From NCBI GenBank assembly GCA_025774845.1, contig JALGZP010000002.1, positions 348 to 64,347 of the forward strand: a stretch of DNA of 64,000 bases, read 5' to 3'. This document shows, piece after piece, positions 27,881 to 35,776 of the stretch. Below the pieces are notes generated by a model that did no database searches, had not been told where the DNA came from, and saw only the letters and a list, made by a program, of their open reading frames with translations. Position 1 is the first letter of the stretch. Every line of letters starts with the position of its first letter. The DNA comes from a bacterium (lineage in GTDB: Bacteria; Arandabacterota; Arandabacteria; Arandabacterales; Arandabacteraceae). The position numbers were made by a program, and so were the translations under genes.

Positions 27881-29612
27881 TAGTCGTATCGATCAGACGG
27901 GCCGTCATATCGGCGTGCGAAAGCGCGCCCGAAGGGCAAACTGAGACACACACTCCGCAACCCACACACTGAATCGGAATCACCTCTGCCCGCTTCAAGC
28001 CGTCTTCGTCAACCACGAGCTCGATGGCGCCGTGCCGGCACACCTCTTCACAACGGCCGCACCCCCTGCACAGGTCCCGGTCGACAGTGGTCGTACGCGC
28101 AATACGCTCTACCTTGCCGAGACTGATGAGGTCGAATGCCCGCGAGGCGGCGCCGTAACCCTGTACGATCGACTCGGTGATCGTCGACGGCCAGTGCGCA
28201 CTCCCCGCAACGAAAACACCTCTCGGAGCATACTCCTCAGGCCTCACCTTAAGCCTCGGCTCCACCAGGAAGCCGTAGCTGTCAGTCGGTATCTTGAACA
28301 TCCGGGCGAGTGATGTGTTCGTCGCCGGGGGCAGCATCGGCACCGCAAGCACAATGCGGTCGAACGGTATGTGGGCTTCCATCTCGGATATCTGGTCGTA
28401 GACCTCAACCGTGGTGTCTCCGAGGACGGGCGGCTTCTCCGGTGAGTACCGGATTATGTCGACACCCATGTCCCTCGCCCGGTCAAGATCACCGGCATAA
28501 CCTGCAAAGCCCCGCGACAGTATCGTCACCTGCGAAGCCGGGAACTTCTGCTTGATCAGGATCGCGTTCTTGATTGAGGCCGTACAACATATACGTGAGC
28601 AATAAGGTCTTTCATCGTTCCGCGATCCCACACACTGGATCATCACGACGTCTGAACCGGGATTGTCCCCACGCTTGAGTATGGCTTCGAACTCAACCTG
28701 GGTAACCACCTGGTCGCGTTCACCGTAGCCAAACAGACCCTTCGGCGTAAGCAGGTCCGCCCCGGTGGCAACAATTATCACACCTGCTTCGATCTTTTCG
28801 CCGCCGGTGAGCTCAATCTCGAAATTCCCGACATGACCGCGGACCGAAACCGGTTCCACCCCGGTTTTCACCTCGACCGCGCCCGCATCGATGTTCCGTG
28901 ACTGGCCGTTGAGAAACTCGGATGCTTCTATGTAGGACGGGAAGACGATGTTGAGTTGTTTTAGCAGTCCCCCGACACTTTCATCCTTCTCTACTATGAT
29001 TGTCTTTACACCTCTCGAAGCCATGGCCGTGGCCGCCGACATACCCGCTATACCACCACCCAGCACAACGCACACCGGTTTGATATCGGCTTCTACCTTT
29101 TCCATCGGACTCGTGCCGGCTACACGGGCAACAGCCATATTTATGAGCCCCAGTGCGCCCGATGTCGTTGCCTTCTTTGCTCCCGGCGGGGCCGAGCACA
29201 ACCTGCTTATGTCCGCAAACTCCACCAGTGAAGGATCGATACCCGACTGCGCCAGAATGTTCCTGAAGAACTTGCCGTACAACCGCTCACTGCTGCCGGC
29301 GACAACTACCCGTGACAGTCCGCGTTTGACAATCAGAGCGCCGATCGCATCTATCTTCCCGATCGTGCAGGGGTAGTCCTGGACCTTGACGAGGGCCACC
29401 TCGGGATTTGCCGCCACCTGTTTCTCGAGTGAGGTGATATCGAGCACACGTGAGAGATCGCTCTCACACTGCGATATTACGACGGCGACACCTGTACCCT
29501 TTGCCCGGACCGGCCGCGTTTGGGATTTCTTTGCAGGGCGTTTCTTGGCGGGTCGTTTCCGGACCCGCGTCGCCTTCTTCGACTTCTTCTTTGTCCGTGT
29601 CTTTCCCGGCAT
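27858..29612 (-). CDS. HdrA paralogue with degenerate (Cys-poor) N-domain and a Lys/Arg-rich N-terminal tail
   Basis: Start taken at ATG 29612 (GAGGAG upstream). MPGKTRTKKKSKKATRVRKRPAKKRPAKKSQTRPVRAK, then VLGGGIAGMSAA, IQCVGSRNDERPYCSRICCT, and CRGCGRCEEVCRHG / CVGCGVCVSVCP. Confidence 0.8.
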   Translation of the reverse strand: MPGKTRTKKKSKKATRVRKRPAKKRPAKKSQTRPVRAKGTGVAVVISQCESDLSRVLDITSLEKQVAANPEVALVKVQDYPCTIGKIDAIGALIVKRGLSRVVVAGSSERLYGKFFRNILAQSGIDPSLVEFADISRLCSAPPGAKKATTSGALGLINMAVARVAGTSPMEKVEADIKPVCVVLGGGIAGMSAATAMASRGVKTIIVEKDESVGGLLKQLNIVFPSYIEASEFLNGQSRNIDAGAVEVKTGVEPVSVRGHVGNFEIELTGGEKIEAGVIIVATGADLLTPKGLFGYGERDQVVTQVEFEAILKRGDNPGSDVVMIQCVGSRNDERPYCSRICCTASIKNAILIKQKFPASQVTILSRGFAGYAGDLDRARDMGVDIIRYSPEKPPVLGDTTVEVYDQISEMEAHIPFDRIVLAVPMLPPATNTSLARMFKIPTDSYGFLVEPRLKVRPEEYAPRGVFVAGSAHWPSTITESIVQGYGAASRAFDLISLGKVERIARTTTVDRDLCRGCGRCEEVCRHGAIELVVDEDGLKRAEVIPIQCVGCGVCVSVCPSGALSHADMTARLIDTTIEAAGGI

Positions 29613-29629
29613 GGTCTCCTCAAACAAAC

Positions 29630-30277
29630 TCAGGGACTTCCGTAATGCGTCTCACACACAATACACCTGAAAGTGTCCTTCGAGCCTCCAACGCTGTGAA
29701 GACTCCTTCGCGCAAATACTTTCCTAAGGTCAAACGTTCTGGCCGGACAGATCGTGGTACAGGTACCGCATCCCACGCAGACATTCGATTCCTGGCCGAA
29801 GGGTGGTACCACCTCACTCTCAGGACCTCGATTGGCGAATCCGATCGCCCCGACCCCGACGATCTCCTTGCAGGCCCTGACACACATCCCACACAGATAG
29901 CACTCTTCCTCACCCTTCGGAAACGGATTGGTTTTGACTCCGAGCTCCTTTGCCTTGTGCCTTATGATTTCGATGTCGGGGCACCGGGCGAGAAGCAGGG
30001 TTATGATCATCCTGCGGATTTCTGTTACCAGCTTTGTCTCCGTCCTCACAACCATTCCGTCCGCCACCGGTGTCACACACGAAGCCATCGTTCTTGTCCG
30101 CCCCCCCTGCTTGACCTCGACAACGCACAGCCGGCACGACCCGATCGGTGTCAGGGCTTCATGGTAACAAAGTGTCGGGATCTCGATCCCCATCTCCTTC
30201 GCTACCTCGAGGATGGTCCGGCCCTTTTCGGCCTTCCGGTTCCTGCCGTCGATCCTGATGCTCAATGTGTCGCTCAT
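29630..30277 (-). CDS. NuoG/HydA-N-terminal-like [2Fe-2S] plus 2x[4Fe-4S] ferredoxin subunit with no catalytic domain
   Basis: 215 aa. IRIDG...CYHEALTPIGSCRLCVVEV...ASC (plant-type 2Fe-2S), then CYLCGMCVRAC and CVGCGTCTTICP. Confidence 0.8.
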   Translation of the reverse strand: MSDTLSIRIDGRNRKAEKGRTILEVAKEMGIEIPTLCYHEALTPIGSCRLCVVEVKQGGRTRTMASCVTPVADGMVVRTETKLVTEIRRMIITLLLARCPDIEIIRHKAKELGVKTNPFPKGEEECYLCGMCVRACKEIVGVGAIGFANRGPESEVVPPFGQESNVCVGCGTCTTICPARTFDLRKVFARRSLHSVGGSKDTFRCIVCETHYGSP

Positions 30278-30283
30278 TTGGAT

Positions 30284-32113
30284 TTACTCCACATAAATCG
30301 CATCACCAGCAATCGCATCGAACTTGCACACTTCATAGCATGCGCCGCACTTTATGCATTTGGCTTGATCCAGATTGTGAGGTTGCGCCCTTGCTCCCGC
30401 CAACGCGCCTACCGGACAAGCCTTGACACATCTCTGGCAGCCCGTGCACTTATCCGCAACGACTCTGTAAACGATAAGAGCCTTGCAGACCTTTGCCGGA
30501 CAGCGCTTCTTGTATATGTGCGCTTCATATTCATCACGGAAATACTTGAGTGTAGTGAGTACCGGGTTTGGCGCCGTGGCTCCGAGACCGCAGAGCGATG
30601 CCTCCTTGATCGTCACCGCCAGACTCTCAAGCAGATCTATGTCACCCCGTCTGCCCTCACCCTTGACGATCCGTCCGAGGATTTCTCTCATCCTCCTGAT
30701 TCCCTCCCGGCAGGGTGTGCATTTCCCGCAGGATTCCTCCTCAAGGAAGGCCACGAAGTAATGGGCGACATCGACCATACAGGTATCCTCATCCATCACG
30801 ATCAGGCCTCCCGACCCCATGATCGAACCCGCCTTCGAGAGCTCCTCATAATCCACGGGAAGATCGATCAAAGACGTCGGGATGCAGCCGCCGGAGGGTC
30901 CCCCGCTCTGCACGGCCTTGAACTCCCTGTCCTTGAGTACCCCACCGCCGATATCATATATGATCTGCCTGAGCGTGGTCCCCATCGGAACCTCGATCAG
31001 ACCGGTGTTCTTTATCTTCCCCACAAGCGAGAAGACCTTTGTCCCCTTGCTCTTCTCGGTTCCGAGTGATGCGTACCAGTCTCCGCCGCGCAAAATGATG
31101 GGCGCCACGTTCGCCCAGGTTTCAACGTTGTTTACATTCGTGGGCTTGCCCCAGAGCCCGCTCTCCGCGGGAAATGGCGGACGTGGTCTCGGGCGACCCT
31201 GTTCGCCTTCAATCGATGCCATCAAGGCGGTTTCCTCGCCACAGACGAACGCCCCCGCACCCCTCACCACATTGATCTCGAAGTTGAAGCCGGTCCCGAG
31301 GATATTCTCACCCAAAAGACCGTACTCATGAGCGACTTCAATTGCCTTTGTCACGCGCTCAAGTGCCAGCGGGTACTCTTCTCTCACGTATATGTATCCG
31401 ACGTCAGCCCCGATCGCGCGCGCACCGATTGTCATCCCCTCGAGCACCGAGTGCGGATCGGACTCAAGCAGGCTCCTGTCCATAAAAGCCCCGGGATCTC
31501 CCTCGTCGGCGTTGCATATCACGTACTTACCATCCGGGCCGGGAGATTTCCTGCATATCCCCCACTTGATCCCCGTCGGGAAACCCCCACCTCCTCGTCC
31601 CCTCAAACCGGCTTTCTTGACCTCATCTATGATGTCCTCCGGCTTCATCTCCGTGAGAGCCTTCGGGAGCGCAAGATAACCCTCATTTGCGATGTAGTCA
31701 TCTATGCTGTCGGGATCGATCCTCCCGCGGTTTCGCATCGCAATCAGAACCTGATCCTTGAAAAAGCCGATATCCGAAAGCGAAGGCAGCGAATCCAGTC
31801 CCGGCTTCTCGCCGATCGTGAGACGCTTGACCACCTTCCCACCAACCAGGTGTTTCTTGACTATCTCTTCAACATCGCCGGCGGTTACTTTCCCATAGAC
31901 GGTCCCACCGGGTTCGACGGTTACAACGGGGCCCAGATTGCAGTACGCGTTGCACCTTCCCCCGGTCACCTTGACCCTGCCCGGGACCCTATGGCGCCCG
32001 AGCGATGCTTCGAGAGCTTGTTTCACCTCCCGCGCACCGTTTAAAACACAGCATGTGCCATAGCACACACTGACGGTCATCTGCTTGCGGCCGGATTTCT
32101 TAGTCATATCCAC
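30284..32113 (-). CDS. NuoF/HydB/HndC-like NAD(P)H-binding flavoprotein subunit
   Basis: 609 aa. N-terminal thioredoxin-like 2Fe-2S module, RGRGGGGFPTGIKW FMN-site signature, ESCGKCTPCREG, and C-terminal CTGCQRCVKACP / CIKCGACYEVC. The ATG at 32107 is the more likely start. Confidence 0.9.
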   Translation of the reverse strand: MDMTKKSGRKQMTVSVCYGTCCVLNGAREVKQALEASLGRHRVPGRVKVTGGRCNAYCNLGPVVTVEPGGTVYGKVTAGDVEEIVKKHLVGGKVVKRLTIGEKPGLDSLPSLSDIGFFKDQVLIAMRNRGRIDPDSIDDYIANEGYLALPKALTEMKPEDIIDEVKKAGLRGRGGGGFPTGIKWGICRKSPGPDGKYVICNADEGDPGAFMDRSLLESDPHSVLEGMTIGARAIGADVGYIYVREEYPLALERVTKAIEVAHEYGLLGENILGTGFNFEINVVRGAGAFVCGEETALMASIEGEQGRPRPRPPFPAESGLWGKPTNVNNVETWANVAPIILRGGDWYASLGTEKSKGTKVFSLVGKIKNTGLIEVPMGTTLRQIIYDIGGGVLKDREFKAVQSGGPSGGCIPTSLIDLPVDYEELSKAGSIMGSGGLIVMDEDTCMVDVAHYFVAFLEEESCGKCTPCREGIRRMREILGRIVKGEGRRGDIDLLESLAVTIKEASLCGLGATAPNPVLTTLKYFRDEYEAHIYKKRCPAKVCKALIVYRVVADKCTGCQRCVKACPVGALAGARAQPHNLDQAKCIKCGACYEVCKFDAIAGDAIYVE

Positions 32114-32981
32114 CCAGAACCTGCGGGATCTTCTCCTGGGTCATCTTCCCGTAGAATTTCCCGTCAACAACGAATACCGGAGCCAGTCCGCAGCAACCCA
32201 CACATCTCACGGACTCAAGCGAGAACTTGTCATCATAGGTGGTCTCACCCGTGTGAATTCCCAACTCCCGCTCGAAACTGTCGAGAAGGTTGGTGCCTCC
32301 CCTCACATGACAGGCAGTCCCCAGACACACGTGGATCATGTGTCTCCCCCTCGGAAGCAGGCTGAATGACTTGTAGAAGGTCGCAATTCCATAAACCCTC
32401 GGAAGATCGATGTTGACTCTTCCTGCGACAAACCTCAGCGCCTCCTGAGGCAGGTAGTTGAGTTCCTTCTGTATATCCTGCAAGTAGGAAATCAGCATGG
32501 ATTCTGAAAAGCGATGTTTGGCAAGGATCCCGTCAATCGCAGCAAGACTTGCGGGATCGTCAAAACTCTTGATCCTCCGCTCCCTGGCTTTCTCCCTGGT
32601 TTCGACCTCCATGCGTTCCTTACCCAACGCGTGGGATATCATGTCGGAGAGTTCCGGCATGGGGCTGAACTTGGAGATGTAGTTGTAGGCTCCTCTCCGC
32701 ATCGCCTCCACGGCCCCTTCGACGGTCGGAGTTGCCGTCTCGCCTATGATCGGAACCATCGGCATGATATCGTGGACGGTCTTCAGAAGCATCAGGCCGT
32801 CATCATGAGGAAGATCGAGATCAATGATAACGAGATGGGGAGGTCTTGCACCTATCTCGGAAAGCAAGGCGGCCCCGTCGGGAGCCAGTCGTACCGCATA
32901 CCCGTGGCCGGTCAGTGCGCTTTCTAACTCACTCCGCCTTCCGGGTTCTTGCTCCAATACTAGAAGAACAAGTTCGATCAA
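32100..32981 (-). CDS. Receiver (REC)-domain fused to NuoE/HydC-like [2Fe-2S] subunit
   Basis: 293 aa with a TTG start after AAAGGA. N-terminus LVLLVLEQEPGRR...HLVIIDLDLPHDDG...ISKF follows a CheY-like pattern. C-terminus HVCLGTACHVRG...VRCVGCCGLAPV carries the NuoE Cx4C...Cx3C cluster motif. Confidence 0.8.
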   Translation of the reverse strand: MIELVLLVLEQEPGRRSELESALTGHGYAVRLAPDGAALLSEIGARPPHLVIIDLDLPHDDGLMLLKTVHDIMPMVPIIGETATPTVEGAVEAMRRGAYNYISKFSPMPELSDMISHALGKERMEVETREKARERRIKSFDDPASLAAIDGILAKHRFSESMLISYLQDIQKELNYLPQEALRFVAGRVNIDLPRVYGIATFYKSFSLLPRGRHMIHVCLGTACHVRGGTNLLDSFERELGIHTGETTYDDKFSLESVRCVGCCGLAPVFVVDGKFYGKMTQEKIPQVLGGYD

Positions 32982-33010
32982 GCGATGTCCTTTCTACACC
33001 CAGGTACTGC

Positions 33011-33376
33011 CTAGTGGAGGCTCTCGGCGCCAGCGCCGAGAACAAACTTGCCGACCGGTTTCCCCCCGAGAACATGTTCCGCGTAAATCTGTTTTGCCTT
33101 GGCTCCATCGAGATCGCAGTACTTCACCGGAGGCGCTCCGGGGAGTTCGACCGTCATCATCGGCTCCCGCGAGCAAAGCCCGGCACACCCTGTAGTCTTA
33201 ATCGTGACACCCGATTTCCCGAGTTCTTCTGAAGCTGAGAGAACAGCTTCAAGCACACCCTCGGATCCGGATGCTATACCACACGTACCCATATGGACTA
33301 TGACCAACCTGGATTTCTTGCGGTTCTTCAGGTCACGATAGTGGGACTGCAGCTTCTCAGCACTGAGTTTCTGCAT
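33011..33376 (-). CDS. Thioredoxin-like [2Fe-2S] ferredoxin (HndB-like)
   Basis: 121 aa. VHMGTCGIASG...TTGCAGLCSREP. Confidence 0.75.
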   Translation of the reverse strand: MQKLSAEKLQSHYRDLKNRKKSRLVIVHMGTCGIASGSEGVLEAVLSASEELGKSGVTIKTTGCAGLCSREPMMTVELPGAPPVKYCDLDGAKAKQIYAEHVLGGKPVGKFVLGAGAESLH

Positions 33377-33411
33377 ATCGTTCCCCGTTTGTGTAGTTCG
33401 GCCCTGATCGC

Positions 33412-33750
33412 CTATCCGACAGGCTTGAGGCCGGCTTCGTAGAGCTGGACGGCGACCTTGAACGAATCGAGATCTGTTCCGAAGACGGTCACGCCGACCT
33501 TGTCCGCCATCTTCACCGTGTCTTCCGGAACCTTCTTCCCCCTCACGACTATGATTGCAGGAACATCTACAAGATTTGCGGCGGCGATAGTGTTCTTATG
33601 GGTCTGGACCGTAACCCAGACGCTGCCCGCCTGTGCACCCGCCATGACATCGCTGAGCATGTCGGAGATGAAGGCGCCGTCGATCTCGTTTTCAGTAACC
33701 TTGTTCAAGGGTTTGAAATTCAGTTTGGTTTCCAGGTCTTTGACTGTCAC
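33412..33750 (-). CDS. DRTGG-domain-like small protein
   Basis: 112 aa. FISDMLSDVM...VWVTVQTHKNTIAAANLVDVPAIIVVRGKK parallels the 18181..18540 product. Confidence 0.6.
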   Translation of the reverse strand: MTVKDLETKLNFKPLNKVTENEIDGAFISDMLSDVMAGAQAGSVWVTVQTHKNTIAAANLVDVPAIIVVRGKKVPEDTVKMADKVGVTVFGTDLDSFKVAVQLYEAGLKPVG

Positions 33751-33775
33751 GGTTTGGCCTCCTTCATTTGGCGAT

Positions 33776-34309
33776 CTAACCCTCAGGGGTCAGGCTGAGC
33801 ATGCCCACATCCTTGAGCATCTCGCCACGACATAGATCGGGTCTTCTTGTCAGGGAACCGGGTACAACCAGTATCTTCTTGCCGGGCGTACGGAGTCTCG
33901 ATGTAAAGTAGTCGGTCAAGATCACCAGTTTCTCGACCGGCAGATCGACCTCTTCCCCGAGTTGATAGGACAGGGCGGCATAGAGCCAGACGTTCTGTCC
34001 CTCGCAGATCCGGGACATTATGTTTACATGGCACTCAGGATCACAACCCACGCAATGCATCAGACCCATCAGGTCTTCGAACGGGACGGTCTTCTCGCAC
34101 CTGGTGCAAACCATATCGAACTTGACCGACTGGGCGCTCCCGGCATAGTTCCAGTAGTGATCGTCCTCTTTGTATTCATCCTTTGGAGGAACATCTTCAT
34201 AGGAGAAGTACACGCGATTCTTGTTACAGTGGTAACATTTCTCAGTTACTATGAAACCGTCCCTGAGATTTGTCATTTTCCAGGTGTGGTCGCACTCATC
34301 ACTAACCAT
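33776..34309 (-). CDS. Cys-rich (zinc-ribbon-like) hypothetical protein, first gene of the operon
   Basis: 177 aa with GGGAG RBS. CxxC-type pairs CYHC, CTRC and CVGCDPEC. I recognise no family. Confidence 0.6.
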   Translation of the reverse strand: MVSDECDHTWKMTNLRDGFIVTEKCYHCNKNRVYFSYEDVPPKDEYKEDDHYWNYAGSAQSVKFDMVCTRCEKTVPFEDLMGLMHCVGCDPECHVNIMSRICEGQNVWLYAALSYQLGEEVDLPVEKLVILTDYFTSRLRTPGKKILVVPGSLTRRPDLCRGEMLKDVGMLSLTPEG

Positions 34310-34373
34310 ATTGTTCTCCCTGCGCGGATTCAGTCAGATCCCGACCCGAGGCCCACCCGAGTCCTTACGACAC

Positions 34374-34402
34374 AGAATACGGGGGCAAAACGGCAATGTC
34401 AA
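34374..34402 (-). promoter_or_regulatory. Candidate sigma70 promoter for the Hdr/Nuo operon (TTGACA-N17-TATTCT)
   Basis: Minus strand reads TTGACA (34402..34397), a 17-nt spacer, then TATTCT (34379..34374). Lies about 65 nt upstream of the ATG at 34309. Confidence 0.4.
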
Positions 34403-34411
34403 GCAGGATAA

Positions 34412-35698
34412 TCAGCGGAAAGCCTTTATATACTGGCGGTAGCTTGCATTAAGGATGAGCATGGGAATGAGATAGTGGGTGCGCCTGCCCAGACTGAACG
34501 CCCTTCTCACCGTTCCTTTGAGCGAATAGAACTCATCCTCAATCCACCGGCGGCCCCGATCGAGTTCTTCAACTGTCATCTTGGCCGGCTTGAAGACCGT
34601 GTGCGCGATATCGTACTTCCTCCAGTCCTCGGTGATTATGCGGTTCTCACGCTTGAGCCGCTCCTGAAGCTTGGTCCCCGGGAAAGGAGTCAGGATCCCG
34701 AACTGGGCGAAATCTATCTTGGTCTTGTTGATGAAATCCAGTGTGCGCTTGAAAACACTCTTATCATCATGGTCGAAACCAAATACGAAAGCTCCCTCGA
34801 TGCTGATACCGGTGTCATGTATCCTCTTGATGTGATCATGGAACCGGGCAACCACGTTGAAGCTCTTCCCCACTTCTCTGAGGCTATCGGGCATTATCGA
34901 CTCAAAGCCGACAAAGACCCCCCGGCACCCGGCCTTGTGCATCATCTTCAAGAATCCGAGGTCCTTCCCTATCGTGATGGGTGCCTGGCAGATCCACTTG
35001 ACATTCAGTGGGGCAATCCCTGCAAAGAGCTCTCTTGCATACGAGCGACTACCCGCCAGATTATCATCGACAAAGACCACGAACTTTGTGGCGAGGGCAC
35101 GTATCTCATCTACCACTGAGCCCACCGACCGGAACCTGAATTTGTCTCCAAAGAAGCGCTGGACGCTGCAGAAGTCACAGCCAAGGGGACAGCCCCTGGA
35201 TGTCTGGACCGTTCCTTTGAGGAAGTAGCCCTTGCGCTCGAAGATATCCCTTCTGGGAATTGATATCTGTGAAGGATCTGGCTTCCTACCCCTGTAAAAC
35301 TTCTTGAGGCGTCCGGCCCTGAAGTCCGCGAGCAGCCTCGGCCATATTCCCTCAGCCTCACCGATCGCGACACAGTCCGCGTGCTGAATAGCCTCAAACG
35401 GTACGGCAGACGGATGTATTCCGCCCAGGACCGTCTTTACTCCCCGTTCTCTGTATTGATGTGAGATCTCGTACGCCCTCGGGGCATTCGCGGTCAGACT
35501 GGTTATGGCAACGAGATCGGGGGTGCTCGCAAAGTCCAGGTCGCGCATACTTTCATCAACCATCTCAATCTCAAAATCATCGGGTGTGAGCGATGCCAGA
35601 ATCCCAAGAGCCAGCGGCGGAACCTGAAAGGCACGTCCTGAGATACTACGTTTCTCTTTCTTCCCCGTTCCCGGGGCGGCCAGGAGAATCTTCAACAT
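34412..35698 (-). CDS. B12-binding-domain radical SAM protein
   Basis: 428 aa. N-terminal cobalamin-binding-like Rossmann fold (DLVAITSLTANA...VLGGIHPS), then SRGCPLGCDFCSV (CxxxCxxC). Confidence 0.85.
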   Translation of the reverse strand: MLKILLAAPGTGKKEKRSISGRAFQVPPLALGILASLTPDDFEIEMVDESMRDLDFASTPDLVAITSLTANAPRAYEISHQYRERGVKTVLGGIHPSAVPFEAIQHADCVAIGEAEGIWPRLLADFRAGRLKKFYRGRKPDPSQISIPRRDIFERKGYFLKGTVQTSRGCPLGCDFCSVQRFFGDKFRFRSVGSVVDEIRALATKFVVFVDDNLAGSRSYARELFAGIAPLNVKWICQAPITIGKDLGFLKMMHKAGCRGVFVGFESIMPDSLREVGKSFNVVARFHDHIKRIHDTGISIEGAFVFGFDHDDKSVFKRTLDFINKTKIDFAQFGILTPFPGTKLQERLKRENRIITEDWRKYDIAHTVFKPAKMTVEELDRGRRWIEDEFYSLKGTVRRAFSLGRRTHYLIPMLILNASYRQYIKAFR

Positions 35699-35776
35699 AG
35701 CCTCCGATACGTATGATGAGATCTATGTTAAGCGGAGGCTACAGGATGGGGGCGTAAATGTCAAGGTCGGGCGGTC

